Assembly: GCF_009914755.1 (NCBI RefSeq)
Contig: NC_060927.1
DNA length: 64,000 nucleotides
Origin: the human T2T-CHM13v2.0 reference genome, Homo sapiens
Strand: one strand, 5' to 3'
Part shown: piece after piece, positions 1 to 12,871 of the stretch
Layout of the letters: each line of letters opens with the position of its first letter
Numbering within the stretch: position 1 is the stretch's first letter
Position numbers and translations under genes: made by a program
Notes under the pieces: model-generated
Database searches by the model: none
What the model was told of the DNA's origin: nothing
What the model saw: the letters and a program-made list of their open reading frames with translations, nothing else

Positions 1-74
1 AAATGATTTCATGCTGTTGTGTACTGTTCTGCAACTTGCTTTTTTTTTTTAAAAAAAACTTGATCAGATATCCC

Positions 75-1235
75 CTTTTTTTTCCTTCTTTAACTTTTAT
101 TTTAGATTCAGGGGATATATGTGCAGGTTTGCTACCTGGGTATATTACGTGATGCTGAGGTGTGGGGTACTAATGATCCCATCACCCAGATACTGAGCAT
201 AGTACTCAACAGTTAGTTATTCAACTTATCCCCCTTCCACCCTCCCCTGTGTAGTAGTCCCCAGTGTTTATTGTTGCCATCTTTATGTTCATGAGTACCT
301 GATGTTTAGCTCCATTTATAAGTGAGAACATGCCATATTTAATTTTCTCTTCCTGTGTTAACTTGCTGCATCCATGTTGCTGCAAAGGATATCCATGTTG
401 CTGTAAAGGACATGATTTTGTTCTTTTTTTGGCTGTGTAGTATTCCATGCTGTATATGTACTATATTTTCTTTATCTAATCCACCATTGAAGAGTACCTA
501 GGTTGATACCATGTCTTTGCTATTGTGAATCGTGCTGTGATGAACATGCCAGTACATGTGTCTTTTTGGTAGAACAATTGTTTCCTTTTGAATATATACC
601 CAGCAATGGGATTGCTGGGTCAAATGTTAGTTCTGTCTTAAGTTCGTTAAGAAATCTTCAAACTTATTTTCACAGTAGTTGAACTAATGTACATTCCCAC
701 CAATAGTGTATATATGTTCCCTTTTCTCCACAGCCTCACCAATATCTGGTGTTTTTGACTTTTTAATAATGGCCATTCTGATTATGTGAGATGGTCTCCC
801 ATTGCAGTTTTGATTTGCATTTCTCTGTTGATTAGTGATGAAGAACATTTTTTTCATATGTTTGTTGGCTGCTTGTATATCTTTTTTTTTTTTTTTTCAG
901 AAATGTCTGTTCTTGCCTTTTGCCCATTTCACAATGGGGTTATTTGATTTTTGCTTGTTGAATTGTTTAAGTTCCTTTTAGATTCTGAATATCAGGCCTT
1001 TGCCGGATGCATAGTTTGTGAACAATTTCTTCCATTCTGTAAGTTGTGTTTACTCTGATGATAGTTTCTTTTACTGTGCAGAAGCTCTTTAGCTTAATTA
1101 GGTCCCACTTGTCAATTTTTGTTGTTGTTGAAATTGCTTTTAAGGACTTAGTCATAAATTCTTTCCCATGGCTCATGTCCAGAATGGTATTTCCTAGATT
1201 TTCTTCTAGGATTTTTATAGTTTGAGGTCCTATAT
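75..1235 (-). mobile_element. 5'-truncated L1 3' end (old L1PA/L1PB-type)
   Basis: Starts with a T-tract followed by L1 3' UTR sequence. Minus-strand ORFs give ORF2 C-terminal peptides ([24 protein letters not shown]; MEYYTAKK). Confidence 0.9.
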
Positions 1236-2091
1236 TTAACTTATACCCTTTTTTAAGTCACTATACATACACCTCTCTCATTCTCTTTTTAGTTGCTGCA
1301 AACTATTCCATAGCACAGAGGAATGAAAATCTATTTCAAACATATGTAACTTCTCCTCGGTTGATGGTTACATAGGCTGTTTTAGAATTTTACTGTTAGA
1401 AACAATAAAGCATGAATGTTCATCTTTGTATGTGCTTCTTTTGGACATACACAATTTTTTTTTTATGATACACTCTTAGAGGTTGACTTATTGGGTTAAA
1501 AGGTACATATAGGTGCTGGGGAAAATCTTGAGGAAGGGGCTTTCTTGGTCATTTGTCGCACGATCTCTTTTTATTTGTAAACCAAATGGATTTACTAAAC
1601 TGTACTAGGGAAGGCTGGCACAGCAAGACCTAGATAGTTCACGTTCAAGGGGATAATTTATATGTTTTATGACCATAAGATGAACATATGACCTCCTTTA
1701 ACATCTCTAGCAATCTTTTCCCACTGGATAGCAGAATAGACAGTATGCTTCCAAGCCCTTTTCCATGTATTTGTATTATGCCTTAAGGATTTTTGCATGC
1801 TTGCTACTTTGCAATACCTCTGTCAGTAAATAAGAAGAAGCCACCTCCAGTACTCCAAATGAGAAAGAAAATATTGTTAATAGATGCCATTACTGTCTAT
1901 CATCTTGTTCAAAAAGGGAGAGGTGGATCACATCAAAAGAATCAGTGACCATGTCATAGTCAAGGTGATAGACTTCATGACATCCATCTGTTCCATGGAC
2001 TCAGTTCACCAGTTAAAGAGGAGAATCACCTCATTATCCAAGTGCTAAGGAACCAGAGGGGGTAATATCTGAAAACTTAATGTTATCTTGA

Positions 2092-2738
<647 letters not shown>

Positions 2739-3829
2739 CTTGAAAACTTTCTTAAAAACCTTTCTAGCTGATACTGGCCTTTTTGAGTTCAGATCCCTTT
2801 CACTCACTGTTTCCTAGAAAGAAACTACTAATTACTGGGGATTTGGAAAGAGAATGGTACATCCTTCAAGCATTGTTCAAAACTCCTTAAAGTAATATGT
2901 TGTAAATTTTAATAGATATATTGCTAAACTGCCCTCCAAAAAGACTGCATCAATTTTTACTCCCACTAATAATTAATATCTAACATATTATCAGTCTTTT
3001 GAATTCTCATCTGTTGGGTGAAAGATGATACTTTACTATTTTAATATGCATTTCTCTGATAACCAGTGACATTATACATATTTTTAATATAATTGTTGGC
3101 CATTTGCGTCCTCTTCTATGGACTGTCTCCATATCCTTTGCTCATTTTCTAATTGGTTTTATGTGTTTTCTATAGTGACTTGTATGAGTTAATGACATAT
3201 TATATAATCTTTCATTATATATTGTTAATATTTGCTTCTGGTTGCTTTGTGGCCTTTTAATTTCATTTAAGGTGTTGTTTTCACACAAAAATTTTAAAAG
3301 CTTGTGTAGTTAAATATATTAATCAATATTAATTCTTTATAGGTTTTGTAATTTTAGCTTAAGAAGGCCTTCTATAACCAAAGTTATTAACATATTCTTC
3401 ATTTTTTCTAACATTTTATTGTATTTTAAGTGTGTTTTAAAAAATTCTAATATATGCTTATATTCAAACTAAAAATTCGAAGTTTTTATGTAATGAACTA
3501 GGCCTTAAATAAAACTCTTCCCAGTACCGTACACTTTAAAAATGTGGTGTAGAATATTAAGATAAACAAACAAGCAAAAACCCAATAAAACTTTTTTTCA
3601 TGTTGGCCTGAGGCTGAGCTGGTGGGAAATTAAGGGAATTTTTCAGCAGCCAGGAAAAAAGTAAAAGTAAAATATGTTAGGTGGAGCCCTGATTAGGTTT
3701 ACGAGCTCCTTAGTGGCCGCTGGCCTGTGTTTTAGTGAGCCCACTGCAGCAGGGATGAAGATAAAGCCGGGGCCTCAAGCAAGACAGAAGCTCACATAGG
3801 GTGCCTTGAAGGGTGGCCCTTTCAGTGAG

Positions 3830-3978
3830 TGTGATGATTAATTCTATGGGTCGACTTGACCATTCTGGTACCCTGGTATCAGGTTTCCAGCTCCAAAACT
3901 GAGAGAAATAAGTTTCTGTTTTTTATAAGCCACTCAGTCTATGGTACTTTGTTACAGCTGCCTGAATTGATTAAGACA
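3830..3978 (+). mobile_element. Internally deleted MLT-type LTR
   Basis: MLT-like 5' end (tgtgatgattaattctatg) joined to a MaLR 3' end (aagccactcagtctatggtactttgttacagc...ttaagaca). Confidence 0.6.
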
Positions 3979-4074
3979 CTAAGGTTACTGGGTATGAGAT
4001 CAATATTCAAAAGTCTTTTGCTTTTTTACACAACAGCCTAAACAGTAAGAAATTTTAATTTAAGAAAAATATAT

Positions 4075-4592
4075 GATATTTTATTTGTTTGCTATTGCTT
4101 CATAACAAATTACCCTAAGAATTAGTTGTATCAAACAATAATAACAATTTATCATCTCATACAGGGTCAGGAATTCAGGAATGGCTTAGTTGGCTTGTCT
4201 GGTTCAGGGTCTCTTACAGGATGTCAGCCGAGGCTGCAGTCATCTGATGGCTTGACTGAGACCAGAAGATCAGCCTCTAAGATGGATCATCTACCTGGCT
4301 GGCAAATTAATCCTGGCTATTTGTGGGAGGCCTCAGTTCCTCCCCTCATGGACTTCTTTGTAGGGTAGCTCAAGTGTCCTTATAATGTGGCAGCTGGCTT
4401 CCCCCAGAGCAAGGGATCCAAGAGAGAACAAAGCAGAAACCACAGTTTCTTTTATGGCTTAGACTTAGCAGTCACACTCTGTCATTTCCATGGTTACACA
4501 GGTCAGCCCTATTCAGTGTGAGAGGAGACTTACCAGTGTGAATACCAGGAGGCAAGGATCACTGGGAGCTATTTTGGAGGCTGACTACTACA
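4075..4592 (-). mobile_element. MLT1-family LTR
   Basis: Typical antisense MLT1 text (ctattgcttcataacaaattacc ... ggtcaggaattcagg ... ggaggctgactactaca). Confidence 0.75.
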
Positions 4593-4599
4593 GATGCAC

Positions 4600-6400
4600 A
4601 ATAGCAACGAAAATCTAAAGATTCTCAGAAATTTAAAAAAGATTTGAAAGACATTTAGGGAAAAATTTTAAAACTATCACAATATATTAAATAAAGATAG
4701 TTATATTGTAAAATAGTTCATATTTTAAGAAGAATATAACAAAGTAAGTGGAGAAACATATCATGTATAGGAGTCATCAATATTATAAAGATATTAATTC
4801 TTCTCAATTAATCTATGGATTCCATGGAAACTTAATCCAAATCCTAACAGTTTTTGTTTTAGTGGAAATTGACTATTTCACTGTAAAATTTTCATGAACA
4901 AGTAAAAGGCTGAGAAGAAGATACTACTAAAGAAAAACAAGGGTAGTGGGTGTTGTAATGCAGATTTCAAGAATTATATAAAGTTAGCCAATTAATACAG
5001 TATGGTATTCATACAGGGATAGACAGACTCATAGAACGGACTTATAGACATAGATTCATGCATGCAAGGAAATTTGACATAGAACAGAAATGGCATTGCA
5101 GATGAATGGAGAAAGATACTAATAAAATTGATTTTCCATAGAAAAATTCAAAATCAATTCCAACTTCACACACACCATGCACAAAATTAGCTTGGTTTAA
5201 ATGTGAAAGCAAATTTTAAAAACTTTTAGAAGAAAAGCCAGGAGAATATCTTTATGGCCTCAGGGTAGGGAAGGATTTCTATAAAGAAAATCACAAAAGA
5301 AGGTTGGATAAATTTGAATTCATTAAAATTAATAATTTCATTTTTCAAAGATACCATAAAAGCAGTGAAATGACAACTTACAAATTGTGAGGAGATATCT
5401 GAAACACAACCAACAAAGGATTAGTATTTAACACATATACACGACAACTCACATACATCAATAATAAAACAATGAAGAATCTAACAGAAAAATGGGCTAA
5501 AGACATGAATAGGCATTTCACAGAATGGGAAATATGAGTGGCCAACAAATATTTTAAAAATTCTCAGCCTTACAATTAGTAATCAGGAAAATGCAAACTA
5601 AAACCAAAAGATTTCACATAATTTCACATCCATTAGGATGGCAACAATTTAAAAGTTTGACAATACCATGTATTGATGAAGATATGAAGCAAGGGAACTC
5701 TTATACATTGCTTCAGAACATAAATTGGTACAACCTTTTTGGAAGACAGTTGGGATTACCTAGGAAAACTGAGTAAGTATACACCCTCTGACCCAGCATC
5801 ACCTCCTGGATGTGTGTATATAATAAAGAAATTTGAAAATGTATAGTAGGGCACATGTACAAGAATATTCAGAACAGCATTATTCAGAACAGCAAAAAAT
5901 CTAGAAAGGCTCTAAATATTCATTAATGGTAGGATGACTAAATAATGAAATAATATTCTAAAGTGAAAACGAATAAACTAAATCTACATGCAATATTAGG
6001 GATTACTATTAGAAATGCAATTTTGAATCAAAAAAGGAATTGTAAATGAATTCACTTACATAAATTAAAAAAACAGTCAAGTAATATATTGTATAAGGAT
6101 GTGTGTGTATGTGTGTGTGTGTGGGTGTGTATCTTTTCTATATAAAAACACTAAAACCAAGAGCAGCAAATAGGTAACACTAGCTTCAGGTCAGTAGTTA
6201 TCTCTCAGGGAAAAAGAAACGAATGCCATCATTTAAGGCCATGCAGAGGTTGTCAGTGGTACCAGTGATGTTCTATTTTTTCATCTGGGCGGTAGATGCA
6301 CATTTGTGATCATTTAAAGATTTATTTCTCTTCTTTAAAATGTACATATACTTTATATAATTTCTTTCATATGTGTAATATTTTGCTTTTCCTAAGTTAA
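4600..6400 (+). mobile_element. Ancient L1M ORF2 3' region and 3' UTR
   Basis: A-rich degenerate ORF2 sequence (ORF 5591-5776 MQTKTKRFH). Contains a (TG)n tract near 6100-6130. Confidence 0.8.
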
Positions 6401-6481
6401 AAAATTCAAAGAATACAGATAAGTAAAAACATTTCCTTTTAACCAAGCCTCCCCTAGTGTTAACCACTCTTACCAGTTTTA

Positions 6482-6822
<341 letters not shown>

Positions 6823-7034
6823 AACATACATATATCTGTAGAAGTATATAGTTTTTTTGTGAGGTGGGAGTTAACATAAATAGTATTAGACCAACAGTCT
6901 TATTTTAGAATTTGCTTTTCTCCTTAATAATACCTCTTAGCAAGCTTTACACATGAGTACATGGATATCCAGCTCATAATTTTTATGTGCTGTACAGTAT
7001 TACATGATTTGGGGACATTCTTTATTTTACCTTA

Positions 7035-7428
7035 CTTTGGGCTGTGCAATAGTAACAAGCAAACTTAGAATCTTGTTAGCTTATAACAAGAACTATTTAC
7101 TTTTATGCTCGTGCTACCTGTCCACTGAGTTGACTGAAAGCTCTGTATCATACTTCCTTACTCTGGGACCAGGCTGATGGAGTAGCCACTACAGCAAACA
7201 TTGCTGGTCACTATGGTGTAAAGGGAAAAGAGCTCTGAAACATCTTACATGGGCAGTTAAATGCTCTGTGTTACAAGTACATCTACTACTTCCACTCACA
7301 ACTCATTGGCCCGAACCAGTTGCAGGGCACCATCTAACCGCAAGGAAGTAGGAAATGCCGTGCCACTGTGCGCCTAGGAAAGGAGCAAGCCAGATCTATT
7401 TGGTAAGTAGTACTGATGACTACCTCAC
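7035..7428 (-). mobile_element. MLT1K-like LTR
   Basis: Degenerate match to recalled MLT1K (gggaccaggctgatggagtagccact ... cacaactcattggcccgaaccagt). Confidence 0.6.
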
Positions 7429-7436
7429 CCTGTTGA

Positions 7437-7785
<349 letters not shown>

Positions 7786-8319
7786 TAATCTCTCCAGAAT
7801 TTTTTAGTGTCTGGTTCCAAATGCATAGTAAGTTTTCCCAACAGTATTGACTTAAAAGTTCCCTATTTGTTGAGAATTGTGTTTGTTTTTAAGCAATAAA
7901 GACTAAAAAACCCCAGCGGGTTAAACAAATTAGGGGTTTTATTTGTTCTTACATGAAGAATCTGAGGGGACACAGTCTGGGGATGGTGCTATGATGTCAT
8001 TAAAACCCAGCCTTCTCTTGACTTGTTGCTCAGCCATCCTTAAGACATGGCTGTCTCTACCTACAAGGGAGAGCTAGAGAGATAGGGTTTTCTTAAAAAG
8101 ATAAAAATAAAAAAGGACATATTACCATTACCGGAAAATGTTTGTATAATTGTGTATGTATGTGTGTGTATACGCTTGTTTCTGCACTTCCTACTCTGCT
8201 GTATTTTCTTATTGCTTATTTTTCATGATCGTTTTTAGGTTTTTTTTTCCATTTTGTTTTTGTGTCAAATTTCAAACAGCTTGTCAAGTTTTATTAGAGA
8301 ACTAACTTTATGGCTTTTC

Positions 8320-9200
8320 TCCTTGAAGTCCTCTTCTCCCTCCTCTCAGCAAATGGCACCACCATCCTCCCAGTTCTTTAGTCAAAAAACCCTGTGAGTT
8401 ATCTTAAGCTCTATCTCTCACCTTCATCTAATCCGTTAGCAAGTCCTACGGCTGCTGCCTCCAAATTATATCTTGAATCTGATCAATTCTGACTTCCTCC
8501 TTCTCTGCTACTCTAGTTCAAGCTGCTGTCATCCCAACATTACTACTGAGAGAGTCTTCTAACCAGTCCCCCTGCCTCCACATTTCCTACCCTCTCTCCC
8601 ACCAGCCCATTTGCCGCACAGCAGCCTAAATGGTCCTCAGATGATGTCACTTCCCTGCTTACAACTGCCCAAGGGCTTCACAATTAAATCTAGAATCAAA
8701 TGCTTCCCCATGGCCTAGAATCTCTACACATTTAGCCCTGCTAATTTACTTTATCACATTTAGCCCTGCTAATTTATCTTCCCCAATGCTCTCTCTTTCA
8801 ACTAGGTTTCAACCATAGTCCCTTTATTCTGTCTCTTTAGCTGGCTATGATCATGGTTGATTCAGGGCTCTTGCTCTTCCTGTTGCTTGGAAGGCTGGGG
8901 CTTCCCAGATATTTGCATGATTGACCAATTTGCGTAATTGAGGTTTGACCTTACATGTCACCTCTTCTGGGAGGCTTTCTCTGATTCACTCTAGTTAAAA
9001 TAGAGTCCCATCCCCTCCCCCACTGCAGTGCTTTTGTCAGTCTCCATCAATTATCTATTCTCCATAACACATGATCATCTGAAATTATCTTGTTTATTTG
9101 TTTATATACTTATCTTCTCTCTCCTCCCTTGCATTAGAATCTGGAGAGCAGGGACTCTGTGCTATTCACCATTATATCTCCAATGCTTAGCAACTGACTC
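8320..9200 (+). mobile_element. L2 3' region
   Basis: Pyrimidine-rich L2 text (aaatggcaccaccatcctcccag ... gagagcagggactctgtgctattcacc). Contains a 28-bp tandem duplication at 8727-8782. Confidence 0.8.
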
Positions 9201-10135
9201 ATAATTAAATGTTATATAAAATTTGTTACCACCTGCTTTTGATTGGCCCTGAATTTAACTTACAGATTAAATTAGGAGTGAATTGGCATTTTATAATGCT
9301 ATATGTCTTCCTTTATTTGATTATTTTTTTAAGGCCAGCAGTAAAATTTTATTATTTTCTCCATACAGAAACTGTGCATATATTATTGAGTTTATTCCTA
9401 GATATTTTATAGTTTTATTGCTACTGAGAATGGGGTCTTTCTCAGTTATTGTTCTCTAAGAGGAATGCTACTTATCTTTGTATGTTGATCTTGCAACTGG
9501 CCACAATGTAAATTCTGTTTGTCATCCTATTCTCTGGGTTTCTCATCTGTACATTTTCTTGCCTTTCCCTCTGACTTGGGACTCTTGGATGACTGTCTTG
9601 TATTTTTTAACTCCCTGGATGTTATTTAAATTAATATTTAGTGAAATCTTTGTGCTATAAATGTACTGATTTGTTGTTCTGGATTACAGCTAAAAGGCTA
9701 AGTCCCTCCTCTTTTCTTAGGGGAAATTATGTATTCTTTCAGTAGGCTATGTCAGATATCAGGCTATTATGAACCTGTAATGATAGGATTCTGGAGACTA
9801 CTTGCAAGTAGGTGGGGTTAAAATTATCAGTAAACATCTGGGGAAATGCAAGGAGCTAATACTTTAAGCTGGGGAGAAGCTTAGATAGGTCATCAAATTG
9901 GCTGATGTTGGCCAGGTAGCTCCTGCACATGATCTAAGGAATGAAGGAACTCCTCCAAACAGAGATGGGAACTCTGTAGTTGAAACAGAGTAGGTATCAA
10001 GACTCTTCAGGGTCCTTTCTGCCCAAACTCCTAGGGAAGAAGCACATCAAGGAGGAATATTCTGCAGGAAAAGAAAGCTTCAGTCTAAGTGAAGGGCTCC
10101 CATAATCTGGACTCTTTGAAAAAGTTCCAGTCTTC

Positions 10136-10249
10136 CTGGAGGATAATGTGTCACCCTTTGCCCCCAATCAGGGTGACTCACCAAATGGTCCAAATCTTTC
10201 TGGAGGATAAGGTGTGTCAGCCCTTGCCCCCAATCAACATGACTCACCA
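10136..10249. repeat. Imperfect direct repeat, about 65-bp period, carrying GATAA, CCAAT and TGACTCA
   Basis: ctggaggataa..tgtgtca.ccc.ttgcccccaatca...tgactcacca occurs at 10136-10183 and 10200-10249. Confidence 0.8.
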
Positions 10250-11456
10250 GGCCCAGAATCAGCACCAATAAAACCTCCCTAGAAAGGCTCTCTTGACCTG
10301 AGACTGAGTCAGATTCTTCCACTGGACTTTCTTAGTAGCCTACTACCCTCCCAGTGCCTACTACCCTCCTGGTACCTGGCACAGGGCTTGGCTCATTGCA
10401 ATTAATAAATATTTGCCTAGCTGATGGCATAAAGGTATTTTCTGAGTGGATAAATTTGATTTCTGTCAACCCATGGAATTAAAAGGTAGAATTTTTCAAT
10501 ACTGGATTCAAGAGAAAGTTGCATGATATGGTCCTGTTAACTTTAGTCCTTTCTTGCTTCTAGGTATTTATACTTCATACTGAGATTTCTGTGATATTTT
10601 CATGCAAAGTTATATGTATATTTTTGACTTAGCAAGTATTCAGTTAAAGGTTGGTGTACAAAAAATTGATGGGGAAACCAGAGTGAGCAATATTGAGAAG
10701 CCCATAGTCAACAACTAAGAAGTTTTCAATAGTTAACAGGGATTTATCCTGAAGGTTAGATTTTGAGGATTAGAGATGCTAATTTTGGAAAGCCTATGGC
10801 TAATGTGAATTCAGGGTACCTATTTTAGGAAGGTGCTGGAGTGGAAGAAGCCTAGTTACTAGAACTAGGTTTAACAATAGGGACTGGGACTTAGTAAAAA
10901 AGGCAACAGTCTAGTTGTTAAAATTAGGCTACCATGTTGTGATTGGATTCATGGTTAGGATGACTCTGGGCTGGATCTTAGAAAGGAGGATTGGAGCTGC
11001 TTAAGCATTTGTTGTCTTAGGTGAGGATTGAGACTACATTTAGCTTCTGAAAGAGGATCAGGTGACCTCAACTATGGGGAGGAGGGATTATAGGCTTGGA
11101 AACCATGCTGTGTCTGATACTAGCAATTGAAAATGGCAAATAGGGTTACTATGTTCCTTCCTACACTCATAGCAGACATTGTCAATTGAGCATAGCAGTC
11201 TTTTCTATGGAGCCAAGAAACAACTGTAGACTCCCTGTAGACTTTCAAAACAGTTACTAATAATAAATCTGATTTGACCTGCAAATATAAACCTACTGCC
11301 ATTCCTCTGACCAATAATAAAATCACAATAGCTGCCATTTACCAAGTGCCTAACATATGCTGTATACTTGGCTGTGTTATATCTCATTTATTCCTTATAA
11401 TAACCCTGAGAGACAGATAATATTATTTCCCAATTTACAGATTAAGAAGTTGAGGG

Positions 11457-11741
11457 TTTTTTTTTGTTTTGTTTTGTTTTTTTGAGACAGAGTCTCACTC
11501 TGTCGCCCTGGCTGGAGTGCAGTGGCGTGATCTCTGCTCACTGCAAGCTCTGCCTCCCGGGTTTCACGCCATTCTCCTGCCTCAGCCTCCCAAGTAGCTG
11601 GGACTACAGGCGCCCACCACCACGCCTGGCTAATTTTTTTGTATTTTTAGTAGAGACGGGGTTTCACCGTGCTAGCCAGGATGGTCTCGATCTCCTGACC
11701 TTGTGATCCACCCGCCTCGGCCTCCCAAAGTGCTGGGATTA
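11457..11741 (-). mobile_element. AluY lacking its first ~25 nt, fused to the adjacent Alu
   Basis: AluY diagnostics. Ends at gggattac and runs straight into the next Alu. Both Alus interrupt a MIR (about 11325-12110). Confidence 0.93.
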
Positions 11742-12016
11742 CCGAGTCTCACACTGTTGCCTGGGCTGGAGTGCAATGTACGATATCGGCTCGCAGCAAC
11801 GTCCGCCTCCTGAGTTCACGTGATTCTCCTGCCTCTGCCTCCCGAGTAGCTGGGATACAGGCACATGCCACTATGCCCAGCTAATTTTTTGTATTTTTAG
11901 TAAAGATGGAGTTTCACTGTGTTGGCCAGGCTGGTCTCAAACTCCTGACCTCGTGATCCACCCACCTCGGCGTCCCAAAGTGCTAGGATTACAGGCGTGA
12001 GCCACAGCATCCTGCC
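11742..12016 (-). mobile_element. Tail-less AluS
   Basis: Alu body with no T-tract. TSD aagaagttgag (11444-11454 and 12017-12027) flanks the two-Alu unit. Confidence 0.92.
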
Positions 12017-12566
12017 AAGAAGTTGAGATGTTAAATAACTTGCCCAGGTTCATACAGAGAGAAAATAGTACAAATGTGATCAGAAGCCAGGACTTCCAGA
12101 GTCTTGCTTGACCAGTTCAACCTAGAAAGTTTAATGCTTCAAACCTATACCAAGCTAAATTTGAGACTCTGATTTACTTTTGGAATATTTAATTCATACC
12201 CTGAAATGTCTCATGCTAGAGTTAATTTTAGCTATGCATTTGAAATAATTGTGTGCCCAGGTTGCACTATTGGAGGTAAGAGGGATAACCAATGGAGAAT
12301 AAAAGTGCAAGAGCAGAATATTTGATGAAAATAATTTTATCTCATCTGACCCTTCGTTGGTGTATCTGGAAAGCCAACCCTGAGATCTTGCAGCAATGGG
12401 ACAGGGCCTGGGAGTCTGGAAGGGCTTCTCCGTCTCTTGGGTGGCCTGACTTAGTGTGTCACTGTCACTTTAAATGTCATAACATTTCTTTTTCTCTCTC
12501 ACCCTACCATTCCATTTATCTCTGCTTATTCAAAATTTCCCTTTGAAATTCCTTATTAAAAACACT

Positions 12567-12871
<305 letters not shown>

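Noticed and set aside
367-410. Short tandem duplication in L1 (also 8727-8782 in L2)
   Set aside because: Ordinary slippage duplications inside dead repeats.
1820-2050. Faint peptide resemblance of the unknown insert to periphilin-like low-complexity proteins (KKPP, SPV..SPH)
   Set aside because: Needs several frameshifts, and I could not align the nucleotides convincingly from memory. Left unassigned.
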